A program made the position numbers and the translations under genes. The notes below the pieces were generated by a model. The model saw only the letters and a program-made list of their open reading frames with translations. It searched no databases and was not told where the DNA came from. Shown in pieces: positions 1-12,815 of a stretch of DNA of 64,000 nucleotides (position 1 is its first letter; each line of letters starts with the position of its first letter). Source of the stretch: Leucoraja ocellata (taxonomy: Eukaryota); contig JAWMAR010000015.1 in assembly GCA_036785375.1 (NCBI GenBank), positions 6,634,001 to 6,698,000 of the forward strand, read 5' to 3'.

Positions 1-199
1 GGGTACAGTACAGGAGTGGATATATCTGTCACTGTAATACTGGATATACTAACTTGGTCTGTCACTGAATAATACTGTGGTACAGAACTGGTAGGTACTA
101 GTAACACTGGGGTATCGTACCAGTGGGGTTGGCTCTGTCACTGTGTTATACTGGAGTATGGTTCTATGAGGATGGGTCTGTTGCTGAATAACACCGGGA

Positions 200-1520
200 G
201 ATTGGTTTATTATTGTCATGTACTGAGATGCAGTGAGAAACTTTGTTTTCCCGCTATGCAGTCAAATTATACTATACATGAGTACAATCAAGCCATACCC
301 AAGTACACAGGTAGTGTAACTAATGGGAGATGGGAGAAGAGGGAATGTCCTGGGTGGAAATGGTCCTTAATTATGTTGGCTGCTTTCCCGATGTATCGCG
401 TTGTGTACAAGGAGCCTGGTCTGTGTGACGGGTCTGGGCTACATCCACAGCACTTTGTAATTTATTGAAGTATTGGGCAAAGATGTTGCCAAACCAAATG
501 ATGATGCTTTCTACGGATATGTAAAAGTTGGTAAGAGTCATTGAACACATGCAGAAATTCTTGAGTCGGCTGAGGACGTAGAGACGTTGGTGTGCTTTCT
601 TGGCTATAGGTTCAGTTTGTGTTTCCAAGGCTGTTGATGATATTTACACTGAGGAATCTGAAGCACAACCATCTCCACTTTGGCACTATCGATGCTGACC
701 AGGGCATGTACACCACCTCAATTCCTGAAGTCAGTGACAAGCTCCCTCGTCTTACAGACATTGAGGGAGGGGTTGGTGTCTTGACACCATGTAACTAATC
801 TCTATCTCCTTCCAGTACGCCATCTCCTCATTGTTCAAGATCCGTCTCAGTACAGTGGTGTCATCTGCAAACTTGTAGATGGGGTCAAAGCAGAATTTGG
901 CTGCACAGTTATGATCGTATAGTGAGCATGTAGTAAGAAGCAGAAATTGCATACTTTCAGGATTCCCATGTTGAGAATTATCATGGAGGATGTTTTGTTC
1001 CGTCCTGATTCTGGTCCTGATCTGCAGAGGAGTGTACTGACAGCTGAGGAGTTTGAAGGTGAGTTTGGTTGGGATTATGGTGTTGAAGGCAGAGCCATAA
1101 TCAATAAATAGGAGTCTGACGTAGGTGTGCTTGTTATCCTGATGCTCCAGCGATGAGTGTTAGGGCCAGAGAGTTGCCATATACCATGGACCTGCTGCGA
1201 CGGTAGGCAAACTGCAGTGGATCAAGGCTGTCTGAGAGGCTGAAGTTCATGGTGCCATTACCAGTTTACTGAAGCACTTCATGATGGTGGATGTCAGAGC
1301 CACTGTACAGAAGTCATTAAGGCACCACACCTTTCTTTGGTTTGGCTGAGGTGATAGTCATCTTCTTAGAGCTGGTAGGAACCTCAGAATGCAGTAGTGA
1401 GAGATTACAGATATGTGTGAATCTCTCTGCCAGCTGGTCCGCTCAGGACCCGAGGACACGGACAAGGACTCCATCCGTACTAGTCGTTTTCTACGGATTC
1501 ACTTTCAAGAAGGTGATCTA
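200..1520 (-). mobile_element. Degenerate non-LTR retrotransposon fragment (Rex1/Babar or L2-like RT)
   Basis: Minus-strand ORF pieces YKFADDTTV (RT active-site motif, 752-952) and KKAHQRLYVLSRLKNF (371-628), broken by frameshifts. Confidence 0.8.
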
Positions 1521-1569
1521 ACATCTGTCAGTGGTGCATTCGAGGCTGTCGGGGTGATTATGTCCTTCC

Positions 1570-1925
1570 ACTGTCAGTAGACTATTAGTGGGGAAGTGTC
1601 TGTCAGAGTGGAACTCTGGGATACAGTACCATTGGGAACGAGTACCTCACTGTATAACACTGGGGTACAGCACTGATGGATGCCGGTCTGTTCCTGTATA
1701 ACACAACTGCAACACTCTAGGACAGGTCCCACTAACACAGGTGCAGCACTGGTGGAGATGGATCTGGCACTGTATAACATGTATAGTAATGGTAGGAACA
1801 AGTCTCACTGCATAACAGATACAGAACTGGTGGAGGCGGATCTGTTACTATATATAATTCGATACTGATGAGGAAGGGTATGTCAGTGCAAAACATTGGG
1901 GTACAGTACTGGTGGGAACACTGGA
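1570..1925. repeat. Degenerate tandem repeat (actgtataacactggggtacagtactggtgg-like); related copies at 1-190
   Basis: Motif ctgtataacac..gg.tacag..ctg recurs several times. Confidence 0.65.
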
Positions 1926-2080
1926 GAAATGGGGAGGAGCAGAAAGAGGGGATGAGGAAGAGAAGGAGAGAGAGGATGTGGAGGGAAAGAGGGGACGAAG
2001 GAGGGAGAGAGATAGAACGAGAGAGGGGAGAGATATGGAAAGGGAAGGAGAGTGGGACAGAGGGAGAGAGAAACAGGATA
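1925..2080. repeat. Purine-rich (GA) low-complexity tract
   Basis: Almost only G/A on the + strand. Confidence 0.8.
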
Positions 2081-2624
2081 AAAGTATCCTTTTTTCTGCC
2101 TCTAAGTATGTGTGTCTTTTGCACGTTTGCAGATGTGTTTGGGACAGTTCAGCTGAGGTGAATGCAGTGCCCATATTCTTTAGATTTTCAGCTTCTTCCA
2201 CCTCAACTGCATTCCCAAAAAAGGAATAATTCTTGGTTGGCGGCAAATAGCAGAGGCTGGAGTCCTCATCAATGGGACTGCCTGTCCTGATGACAGCACA
2301 GATTGAGTTAGAGCAGCTGAGCTTGGTAGTGCAGCCCGTGCCTCCTTGTCGACACACTCTGGCTGCCAGCTCTGAATACTGTTGGTTTTGGGAGAGAGCC
2401 TGTGTTTGTGCATCAGCTGCTTTCAGTGGCTGGCCTGGAGATTTGAGCTCAAGTGTGGCAGTGCTTTATGGTCCTGATGCACACTCGATTCCCATAACGG
2501 ACTTTGTGGGGGCTGTAGTATGAGGCGCAAACTTAATCCGTAACAGGCTCCCTGGTCAATTATCCCGGTGCCTCTCTGAGGCACATTCCACACCCGAAAC
2601 AAAATTCATTCGGCGAGAGCTTCA

Positions 2625-2720
2625 TGTGTACTGGTGGTGCAGCTGGTAGAGCCGCTGGCTGCCTCACAACGCTAAAGACCCCGGTTCAATCCACACCTTG
2701 GGTGCTGTCTGTGTGATGTG
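2625..2720 (+). mobile_element. tRNA-derived SINE head, truncated
   Basis: A-box-like ggtgcagctggtagagc and B-box-like ggttcaatcc, followed by gggtgctgtctgtgtg as in the other SINE copies here. Confidence 0.65.
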
Positions 2721-3559
2721 AGTCTGTGAGAAGTTTCATGGAACATTAGTGGTGGAATGGGACATAGACTTGCTGAGCTGAGATAGACATGTGAGGTGAG
2801 GGCTTTTGACCAGCCGTGCACATTGAGACTTCTGACACTGCATGGAGGGTTGTTGTACTGTCTCTCTGCGGTGGTTTCCTGCAGGTGCTGGTTGTGTAAG
2901 CTGGGACAGTGCTGGGTTCTCAGCAGAGCATGTCGATGGTGTTTGACCAGCTGTGGTTAAGTTGTGCCCCCATCCTCCACCCCACTTGTTGCTACTGCTG
3001 TGAACTCCAAATGGAGGGCAACTGGTGGAATCTCTGACAGTGCTCAGAGCTTGCAGCTGTTCCAAACTTTTGCAGACTGCAAGTGTGTGTGTGCTTGATT
3101 GGTGACAGAACGTGCAAGGGCCCAAGCATGATCTGGGCCGTTTGTGGAACCTACGGTGGAGGTGTGCAGAATAGGGGAGGGGGGAAGGGTGAAGCGACAA
3201 CACACAGGAAATGTGTCAGGAACATTGGATCAGTGGGACCTGGGCCCTCGGACCCTCCAGTGAGTGCTTCAGTAGCCTGGCCGAGGTTGCAACATGGGAA
3301 ATGCAGCAGCCAAAGTGCACAGCAAGCTCCCACTGCAGGCAAAGTGATGAGCAGGTACTAGCTGGAGATCTGCTGGAGATATAGATGTAGGGAAGTGACT
3401 AATATTTCAGATCAATGATCTGCAAATATAACTGGAAGTTCGACATTACGGGATTAACGCTTCCAATTGTTGACTTGGTAATTATATTTGATGCTATTCC
3501 AGCAAAGTGAAATGTGAGCTCTGTAAATCTCTTTGCAGAAGCTGCCTGAGCAGCTGAGT

Positions 3560-4040
3560 AAAGTCAAGAATGTTTCATTGTCATATGTCCCAGTTAGAAC
3601 AAGTAATTCTTATTTGCAGCAGCACAACAGGATATGTAAACATAGTACACTAAACAATATGATAAGCGAGAAAAAAAGTTTAGTGTGAGCATTCAGTATA
3701 CACACACGCACAAACACGTATACATAAAAAGCAAACAAACAATAACAGCCTATGTAGTTCAGAGCGTATTTGAGGTTGTAGCGTTTAATAGTATAGGGAA
3801 GAAGCTGTCCCAGAACCTGGACGTTATAGTTTTCAGGCTCCTGTACCTTCTTTCCAATGGCGGGGGTGAAATGAGAGTGTGGGCAGGGTGATGTGAGTCT
3901 TTGATGAGGCAAATCCCTTTGATGGTGAGGAGGTCAGAACCAGTGATGGACTGGGCAATGTTCACAACTTTTTGTAGTCTTCTTTACTCCTGGGCACCCA
4001 AGTTGCCGAACCAGGCCGTGCTGCAACCAGTCAATATGCT
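3560..4040 (-). mobile_element. Rex1/L2-like LINE 3' fragment
   Basis: Minus ORF IKDSHHPAHTLISPPPLERRYRSLKTITSRFWDSFFP resembles the C-terminus of this LINE class. Confidence 0.75.
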
Positions 4041-4044
4041 CACT

Positions 4045-6035
4045 TCAAGTCAAGTTTATTCGTCACATACACATATGAGATGTGCAGTGAAATGAAAAGT
4101 GGCAATGCTCGCGGACTTTTGTGCAAAAAGACAAACAAACAAACAACCAAACAAACTATAAACACAATCACATATTCTTTTACATTTTAAATATTGTGGG
4201 CGGAAGAAAAACGTTCAGTAAAGTTAGTCCCTGGTGAGATAGGAGTTGACAGTCCGAATGGCAACTGGGAAGAAACTCCTTCTCAACCTCTCCGTTCTCA
4301 CAGCATGGTAATGGAGGCGTTTGCCTGACCGTAGCAGCTGGAACAATCCGTTGCTGGGGTGGAAGGGGTCTCCCATGATTTTATTGGCTCTGGAGTTGCA
4401 CCTCCTGATGTAAAGGTCCTGCAGGGGGGCGAGTGAAGTTCCCATAGTGCATTCGGCCGAACGCACTACTCTCTGCAGAGCCTTCTTGTCCTGGGCAGAG
4501 CAATTCCCAAACCAGATGGTAATATTTCCGGACAAGATGTTTTCACAGCCGCTGCGTAGAAGCACTGGAGGATCCTTGGAGACACTCTGAATTTCCTCAA
4601 TTGCCTGAGGTGGTAAAGGCACTGCCTTGCCTTACTCACGAGTGCTGCGGAGTGTGATGTCCATGTCATATCCTCAGAGATGTGGACTCCCAGATATTTA
4701 AAACAGTTTACCCCATCCACAGGATCCCCATTTATACTCAATGGAGTGTACGTCCTCGGATGATGTGCCCTCCTAAAGTCCACGATCAGTTCCTTCGTTT
4801 TTTTGATGTTCAAGAGGAGGCTGTTGTCCTGGCACCAGTGCTAGATCAGCCACCTCCTCCCGGTAGGCCTTCTCATCGTTGTCTGAGATCAGGCCCACCA
4901 CCACAGTGTCATCAGCAAACTTAATTATTGAGTTGGAGCTGAACCTAGCCACACAGTTATGGGGGGGCTGAGGACGCAACCCTGGGGCGATCCTGTGCTC
5001 AGGGTGAGGGACTTCGATGTTTTCCCTCCCATCTTGACTACCTGGGGCCTGGCAGTGAGAAAGTCCAGGGCCCAGGCACACGGGGGTGTTGAGCCCTAAT
5101 TCCAGTAGCTTCTCGGCCAGTCTGGTGGGGACTATCATGTTGAAGGCTGAACTGAAGTCTATGAACAGCATCCACACGTAGCCCCCCTTCTGGCTGTCAA
5201 GATGAGAGAGAGCGGTGTGCAAAACCTGGGAGACCACATCGTCCGTGGATCTGTTCGGACTGTATGCGAACTGCAATGGGTCCATGTTCCGAGGGAGGAA
5301 GGCGCAGACGTGTTTCTTCACCAGCCTCTCAAAGCATTTCATGACTACCGAGGTAAGGGCCACCGGACGGTAGGCATTCAGACAGGCTGGGGAGGCATTT
5401 TTTCGTACCGGTACAATGATGGATTTTTTGAAGCAGGCAGGGACCACGGACTTGTCCAGAGAGAGGTTGAATATTGTAGTGAGCACCGGAGCTAGCTGCG
5501 TAGCACAGGACTTGAGTACTCGCCCCGAGATGCCATCGGGGCCTGCAGCTTTCCTCGTGTTCACCCGTGTCAGAGCCCTCCTCACGTCATGCTCGGACAA
5601 CGAGAATGTCTGCACATTCCTCCCTTCAGCTTCGTTAGCCAGCCCGCTGGCGGTATTATTGATAGTCGGCAGACCTGGGGTGATGTTGCCCATCTCGAAA
5701 CGAGCATAAAAGGAGTTCAGGTCATCAGCTAGGGAGGTGCCGGCACTTGCGGATGAGGGTGGGGTGCTCCAGTAGTTGGTTACAGTCCGTAGCCCCTGCC
5801 ACAGGCTTCTGGTGTCCTGCTGCTCCATCTGTGACTCCATCTTGTCCCTGTACCTCCTTTTTGCGTCCTTCACCGCCCTTCGCAGTCGGTAGGACTCTAC
5901 CTTGTAGACGTCCATGTTTTCTGATGCCAGGCCCGAGTTGTAGGCGAGCATTCAAGGCAACACGAACGGACCTGTCTACCCAGGGTTTTTGGTTCGGGAA
6001 GGTGCTTACCCTTACCGTGGGGACGATGTTGTCGG
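4045..6035 (-). mobile_element. Rex1/Babar-type LINE, 5'-truncated, RT region with few frameshifts (relatively young)
   Basis: ORFs 4773-5951, 4466-4813 and 4224-4622 contain KAAGPDGI, YRPVALTSVVMKCFE, DPLQFAY, LFIDFSSAFN, KFADDTVVVGLI, KTKELIVDFR, FKYLGVHI; (caaa)n near the 3' end. Confidence 0.92.
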
Positions 6036-6789
6036 TTATTCTGTACACCTGTAGAAGTTCGAGAATCCTCTCTGACATACCAAATCTCCGCAATCTTCTC
6101 AGGAAGTAGAGGCGTAGATGGGCTTTCTTTATAATTGCATCGGTGTGCTGGGTCCAGGAAAGATCTTTAGAAATATGCATGCCCAGGAATATACAGCATT
6201 TCTGTGTTATTTCAGATATCTGGCTTTGCAGTATCTTTGCTTTTGTCAGAATCCAGTTGTAGGGGATGGGGGTTTGAGGGTAGGAGTGATGAAATGACAA
6301 AGGTGGAGGCCAGGGGACCAGGAGCCGACAAGTGAGGAAGGAGTGGATGTTTCTGGAGGAGCCATAGATGACTGGGCCCATACCAGAGGTTGTTGCACAA
6401 GGACCGCTACTTAACTAATGCTCACCCCTGGTTCAAGGATGGATGTGGAGATAAACTGCACACCATTCAGTTTGACCTCGGAAGCAGAGAAAGTTTGAGG
6501 AACAATAATCAGCCTGATTTAACGCTGCATGGTTTATGTAATGTACAGAATGTTTATGTATTTTAAATCTACAAAATACAAATGTTGAGTAATCACTGGG
6601 TAGGTTTACTCCATTTGTCAATGTGTTAATCTGTTAACGTGACCATTAACAGATTAACACATTAATCTTTGCAGAGGATACTTCCTCTTCTAGGAACGGC
6701 CCATTGATAATTAATCTGTTTTGCTGATGATTTCACAATGGTCAATTTTATTCACAATTTCTAAGCATATGAAGCAATCCATGCCAATA

Positions 6790-7380
6790 AACTGGAAAGG
6801 GTACAAAAAGGATATACTGGATGAGGATACCACCCAGTTTGGAAGGTTTGAGTTATAAGGAGAGGCTGGAAAGGCTGATCTTTTTCCCCGGAATGCACAA
6901 GGCTGACTGGTAACCTTATAGAGATGTAGAAAATCGTGAGGGGTTAAATAAGTGAATCACAACAACGTTTTCCACAGGATTGGGGAGTCTAAAACTAGAG
7001 GGCATAGGTTCAAGGTGAGAGGGGAAAGATTTAAAGGAGACTAGAGGAGCAACTTTTTCACACAGTGTGGTGGGTACATGGAATGAGCTGCCAAAGGAAA
7101 TGGTACAGATGAGTACAATTATAATATGTCTGAAGAAGGGTGTCGACCCGAAACGTCACCCATTCCTTCTCTCCAGAGATGTTGTCTGTCCTACTGTGTT
7201 ACTCCAGCAATTTGTGTCTATCTTCGGTTTAAACCGGCATCTGCAGTTCTTTTCTACACATATGACATTTAAAAGGAACATCAATAGGAAAGGTCTGGAG
7301 GGATCAGTCAGTCAGTCAACTTGGTCAACACGGAGGTATTGGTTCAAAGGGCATGTTTCCTGTGCTGTATAGCTCTATAA
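6790..7380 (+). mobile_element. CR1-like LINE 3' fragment, interrupted at ~7128-7260 by a short ctgaagaaggg..cccgaaacgtc repeat
   Basis: Typical CR1 3' sequence (tctaaaactagagggcataggttcaaggtgagaggg; VGTWNELP). Confidence 0.75.
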
Positions 7381-9825
7381 CTATAATATATTACAATATA
7401 TGCAGGCTCTCCCCAGGTGACGAACACTGAGTCAGGTACAGCCGTACATGCACTGGAGTGTTTGGAAGACCGGCAGGATGGATTTACCAGCTGCTGCGGG
7501 GCTGCAGGCATCTTCTGCCGGAAGGCAACTTGGTTTGTAGCAGCATCTCCGACCTGCGAATTGTTCAGGTTAGGAACAGTTCACAGGAACGGAACATTGC
7601 CATAACCCAGGGAGGACTTGCACTTATCTGGTTAATTTCATGGAGGCTTTTTCCTGAAATAATGATGTTGACGAGGAAATGTAGGACTTCCAAGGGGCAT
7701 TGCTGTGGATGCCACATAATAGGCTGGTCATCAAGATTGAAATTCCTCGAATAAAAAGGGTTGCAACAACATAGATGGGAAATTGGACCAGAAACAGGAA
7801 ATGGGAGACGGGAGAGAAAGGGTTACCTCTTAGACTGGTTGGGAGTGTACCTGGAAGTCCCAGGGATAAGAGGTTTGAGTTGTGTAGATACAGATAGAGC
7901 AGATAGAGAGTGTGGAGGAGTCAAGAACATGCAAATGAAACATTTTTTAAATGATGTTGAAAATCCTTATCACCTTTCCTGTACCCTCATCCAAAAAAAA
8001 ACCTCAGGTTGGTCAAACTGGACTGTGCTCAACTTTATTCATTCAAACCTATTCATTCAAATTCATTCAATGTGTAAATATTTTCCCTAATTATTATTTC
8101 TAAAAGTTACCCACCGCTGAGGTTAAATCGGCGAAGCATTAGTTGCCTGTCTCTACAGGCCTTTTGAAACAAGGTTGTTCCCGTTTCCATTTCCTGCTCT
8201 CTGGCGCATCCCCTACATGGAGGAAGGGTTGGAATACGATGGACAGGGCTTCCGCAGTTTCCACCCCACCTTCCTCAGCAGCCGAGGATTTGATGCAGTG
8301 TGGATCACCGGTGCACTTTAAACATGGCCAGCCTTTCCTGTAGCTGCTGCTTGTCAATATTTACCGCAGATCTTCCCCAGTTGTACGGAAACATTAATGG
8401 CATCTTCCTCTGTGGTAATGATCAACGTAAAATATTTATTAATTATTTCAGCTTCTGCCCCTGCTACAATGTGTTGTTTACCTTCTTTGTCAGCTCCACC
8501 CGCCCCCCCCCCCCCCCCACCCTTACTCCCCCCCCCCCCCCCCCACCCTTAGTACACACATGCTTTTCACGAGAAGGAAAGCATGGAGAAGGCTTTGGGC
8601 TACTTTACTATCTATGAGCAGTGTTAACTGCTGTTCTGTTATCCTTGTCAACTCCCATCCCAGCTGACTACATTCAGCCTGGTTTTATCTCTTGAATTAT
8701 TCACCTGACCTATGTCATTTTTGCTTTGCTTCAGTGTCTTCTCAATCTCCTTTGTCATGCAGGACACTTGGGTTTTGATTTTAGTTTTCGACATGATAAT
8801 GCCTTTTACAAATCCAGGCTAGCTGCCAATGATCAGTTGTTTTATTTGTACAGGGTTTGGCCACTTTGTCCTTGTAACTTCTGTACAACCGGCATTATAT
8901 TAGACGGACTGCCAGGAATGCAAGATCTTAGATTTACTCTGCTACCACACTTCATGTTAGAATCCCAGGAGACAATTGCTATTTTGTGAGAATGGTGGAA
9001 AATCATAATCAAAACATCCATCCTTTCCCTTTTGTTTTTGTTAATATCTTTGGATCATAACCATAGGTCCTGAAACGGTCTGCCATCTGCACTGTTTATT
9101 TCTCTAATACCATTTTTCTACTTACTGCTCAGCATAGGTCAAGTACACACGGGTGTTCCTCCTAAACTGTCCCAACACATTCCAGGGGAAGTGCAACATG
9201 ACTTGGATGAAGGGCAAAACACTCTCCACCCTAACCCAGGAAAATAATTGAAGGGTTAGGTTCTGGAAACAATGGTGCAGGGATTCATTGTGACGGCCAC
9301 TGTTAGCTTTTTCCTCGTATCACAAGTTCACTGTCTGTGTGCACAGACTGCAGCTATGTGTTTCTCTCCCCAGACCAGAGCGGGTTTCTGACTTGGTTGC
9401 TGATTGAAAGTGTAACTCCTGTTGTGGACCGTGGTACAATGAGCCAACACCTTCTACTGCAAAGCATGCAGCCAGGGAGAGATCTTTCAGGAGATGAGAG
9501 GAGTTTATGACATCTTTGACTTCCCATCCTAACCTCAAATGCAAACTCGTTTATTGGAAAGCAAAATAATTTCTTCCGAAGCTAGGCAAGCGAGCCAGGG
9601 AGTGTGGGTAGGAAGTAGGCACGCCTGGTTCTCTCAGTGTTAAATGTTAAAGTGTAGCTCAGTGTCCCAGCCACAATGACAGTGCCACAGTATGATGTAG
9701 CAGCCACAGCAACAGTCAATAAGTTAGACATTGTTTTTCTTTCACAGGCCCAAAGTGATGGGTGTTTTTGGAGGGATGATGTAAATAACCCTTTTTTTTT
9801 GTCTTTCTCCCCTTGAAGGTTCATA

Positions 9826-9846
9826 ATGAGGGAAACCATCAGCTGA
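9826..9846 (+). promoter_or_regulatory. Upstream ORF (MRETIS*) in the 5' UTR part of the first coding exon
   Basis: ATG AGG GAA ACC ATC AGC TGA lies between the acceptor (..ctttctccccttgaag, exon start 9819) and the main ATG at 9900. Confidence 0.55.
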
Positions 9847-9899
9847 AGAGGAAGAAATAATTAATCCAGCCCACCATCTCAGGAGAGTCACCTGCCACC

Positions 9900-10163
9900 A
9901 TGGGGGACCAAGAAGTTTCAACCATCGAGCAAGCACACATACTGTTCGACCAGTTTGTCCAGGCAACTACATGCAAGGGCACTTTCAAAGGCTTCCTGGA
10001 GCTGTGCGAATACCTGGGCCTCTCCAACGTCGACTTCCCCTACTTCTACACCAAGCTCAAGACCAAACTCAATTACTGGAAAGCAAAAGCACTCTTTGCA
10101 AAGATAGACAAGCGAGGCAGTCACAAGGATTACAAGAAGAACACAGCCTGTGCCAATACAAAG
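9900..10163 (+). CDS. MICAL3: MICAL3-like F-actin monooxygenase, coding exon 1 (MGDQEVSTIEQAHILFDQFVQATTCKGTF..KDYKKNTACANTK)
   Basis: Perfect Kozak gccaccATGG, 264 nt, donor AAG|gtaaaa; closely resembles the MICAL3 N-terminus (AHVLFDRFVQATTCKGT..LNYWKAKALW). Confidence 0.9.
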
Positions 10164-10204
10164 GTAAAACTTCTACCACTCTCAGCTTATCCAGATCTCA
10201 AGTT

Positions 10205-11105
10205 CATAGGTCATAGGAGCAGATTTAGGCCATTCGGCCCATCAAGTCTACTCTGCCATTCAATCATGGCTGATCTATCTTTCCCTCTCAACCCCATTCT
10301 CCTGCCTTCTCCCCATAACCCCTGACACCCGTACTAATCAAGAATCTGTCAATCTCCGCCTTAAAAATATCAATTGGCCTCCACAGACATATGTGGCAAT
10401 AAATTCCACAGATTAATCACCCTCTGACTAAAGAAATTCCTCCTCAGCCTCTTTATAAAAGTACATAATTTTATTCTGAGACTACGGCCTCTGGTCCTAG
10501 ACTCTCCCACTAGTTGAAACATCCTCTCCACATCCACTGTATCCAGGCCTTTCACTATTCGGGAAGTTTCAATTAGGTCATCCATCTAAACTCCAGCGAG
10601 TACAAGCCCAGTCCTGTCAAACACTCATCATATGTTAACCTTATCATTCCTGGGATCATTCTCGTAAACCTCTTCTGGACCCTCTCCAATGCTAGCACAT
10701 CCTTCCTCAGATATGGGGCACAAAACTACTCACGATACTCCAAATACAGTTTGACCAGGGACTTATGAAGCCTCAACATTACATACCTGTTTTTTCATAT
10801 TGTCCTCTCAAAATAAATGCCAGCATTGCATTTGCCTTCCTTACTACCGATTTGACTTGCAAATTAACTTTTTGAGAACCCTGCACTGGCACTCCCAAGT
10901 CCCTTTGCACTTCCAATTTCTGAATTTTTCTCCCCATTTCGAAAATAGTCTCCCCCTTTATTCCTACTACCAAAATGCATGACTCCACAATTTGCAATGC
11001 TGTATTCCATCTGCCACGTCTTTGCCCACTCTCCCAACCTGTCCAAGTCCTTCTGCAGAGTCATGTTTCCTCTACTCTATCTGCCCCTCCGCCTATCTTT
11101 GTATC
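10205..11105 (-). mobile_element. CR1-like LINE fragment with 3' tail (second tail copy ~11200-11350)
   Basis: Minus ORFs LQKDLDRLGEWAKTWQM, VQRDLGVPV, RRNFFSQRVINLWN. Confidence 0.85.
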
Positions 11106-11479
11106 ATCGTATCTCAGCTCATCCAGATCTCACCTTACGAATCCCTGCTTCTTTGTCCTCCACTGCAAGTCGTGCCCCTCCACACAGGGGTCATCAGGTC
11201 ATGTGATAGGAGCAGAATTAGGTCATTCGGCCCATCAAGTCTACTCCACCATTCAATCATGGCTGATCCATCTCTCCCACCTAACCCCACTCTCCTGCCT
11301 TCTCCCTATAACCCCTGACATCCGTACCAATCAAGAATCTATCTGTCTCTGCCTGTGTATCTCACCTCTGCCGGCCAGTGGTTCAGGAGAGCGATAAAGT
11401 ATCTGATTAATGCCCAATAGTGAGATGGCTAATTACTACAAACTCCCCCTCACGTTGTACCTCAAGTTCTCATCCAGAT

Positions 11480-11790
11480 GAGGGTGGCACAGTGGCACAG
11501 TTTATAGAACTACTGCCTGTCAGCTTCAGTGACCGGGTTCAATTCTGAATTCCTGCGTTGTCTGTGTGGAGTTTGCACTTCCTCCATGTTACCCTCTGGG
11601 GCTTCCTCTGTACTCTCTGTTTTTCTACCGCATCCCAAAAACCTGCGGGGTATGTAGGTTAATTTTCTACTTTAAATTGCTCTGTGTGTAGGTGAAGGGT
11701 AGAATTTGGGGGGAGGTGGGGGAGTTGATAGGACCGTTGGGAGGATAAAATGGGATTAGTGTAAATGGGTGCATGATGGACAGAATGGAA
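11480..11790 (+). mobile_element. tRNA-derived SINE
   Basis: gtggcacagtggcacag..gaccgggttcaattctg..gtctgtgtggagtttgcac head and body shared with other copies. Confidence 0.7.
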
Positions 11791-12607
11791 GCATGGGCTA
11801 TTTATTCATGCCATATGACTCCATTTGATACCAAAGACTATACAGGATAGTGAATGCTATCCTTGACAATTATGTCCACATCTCACTGATGAATTAATTA
11901 AAGATATCCTGCTTCTGCAGGAAGTGCTAATACTTAGAACAGTGGACACCCAGGAGTGAGTTCTAAGCTCGAATTCAACTGGAGATCTGGGATTTATATT
12001 TAAAAGAACCCAGATATTTAGGAGCAAGTTAAAAAAGCTATCATTTAATTGAGGTGCACAGGGATTAGACAGGTTGGGACATGACAAGGCCAGGGGAATA
12101 AGTCGGCGTGTGGCATTCAGTAGGACGTGATATACCTGTGAATGCTTATTTCCATTCAGTATTCCAACCGTGCGAACAAATGTTGTTTCACACTGCATCC
12201 AGCCTTTCCCCAGACATCCAGTTGTCTCTCGCACAGTTCGATCCCGAAGGAAGCGTGGAACAAAGAACACTGTAGAAACATAGGCCACCTGCAGCCCGGT
12301 CTGAGGGAGTAGATGAGTCTGGGTTTTGTCCTCATTGGGCATGTTATGCACAGTGACCTACTCATGTCTCTCCCCTTTGCTGGGAATGGCATTGAAGTGT
12401 ACAGGGTGCATTGTGTCTACACTGAGCTTCTCGTACACTCTCTGCCCGAGCCACAGCCTTTCCTTCTGTTTAACCGGGTCTCCCGTGCTGTTTCTCAGCA
12501 CCGCCAGAGTTCACCAGCTGCCGTTCTCCATCCCACACTGTTGGTTGTGGTCTGTGTTGCTGCCTGTTTGCCCCATTAACCCTTTGCCACCGTGTTCTCT
12601 CTTGTAG

Positions 12608-12815
12608 TGTCTGGTAATCGGTGCGGGGCCCTGTGGCCTACGCACGGCCATCGAGCTCATGTTCCTCGGAGCTAAAGTCATTGTCGTGGAAAAGCGCGAC
12701 ACCTTCTCTAGGAACAACGTCCTGCACTTATGGCCGTACACGATTCAGGACCTGCGGAACCTTGGGGCGAAGAAGATCTACGGGAAGTTCTGCGCTGGGG
12801 CCATTGACCATATCA
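12608..12815 (+). CDS. MICAL3: MICAL3-like exon 2 ([27 protein letters not shown]); FAD-binding GxGxxG
   Basis: Acceptor ttgtag|TGT, donor A|gtgagc; 208 nt; RNNVLHLWP motif. Confidence 0.95.

Noticed and set aside
1732-2357. Several overlapping 97-169 aa ORFs
   Set aside because: Driven by the GA low-complexity tract; no recognisable protein.
2625-2700. tRNA gene
   Set aside because: A/B boxes run into SINE body sequence repeated elsewhere in the window; no complete cloverleaf.
4773-5951. Longest ORF (392 aa) as a host gene
   Set aside because: LINE reverse transcriptase fragment with frameshifts.
10164-10325. Extension of ORF 9900-10325 beyond ..ANTK
   Set aside because: Read-through past the donor at 10164 into intron and CR1 tail; homology resumes at 12608.
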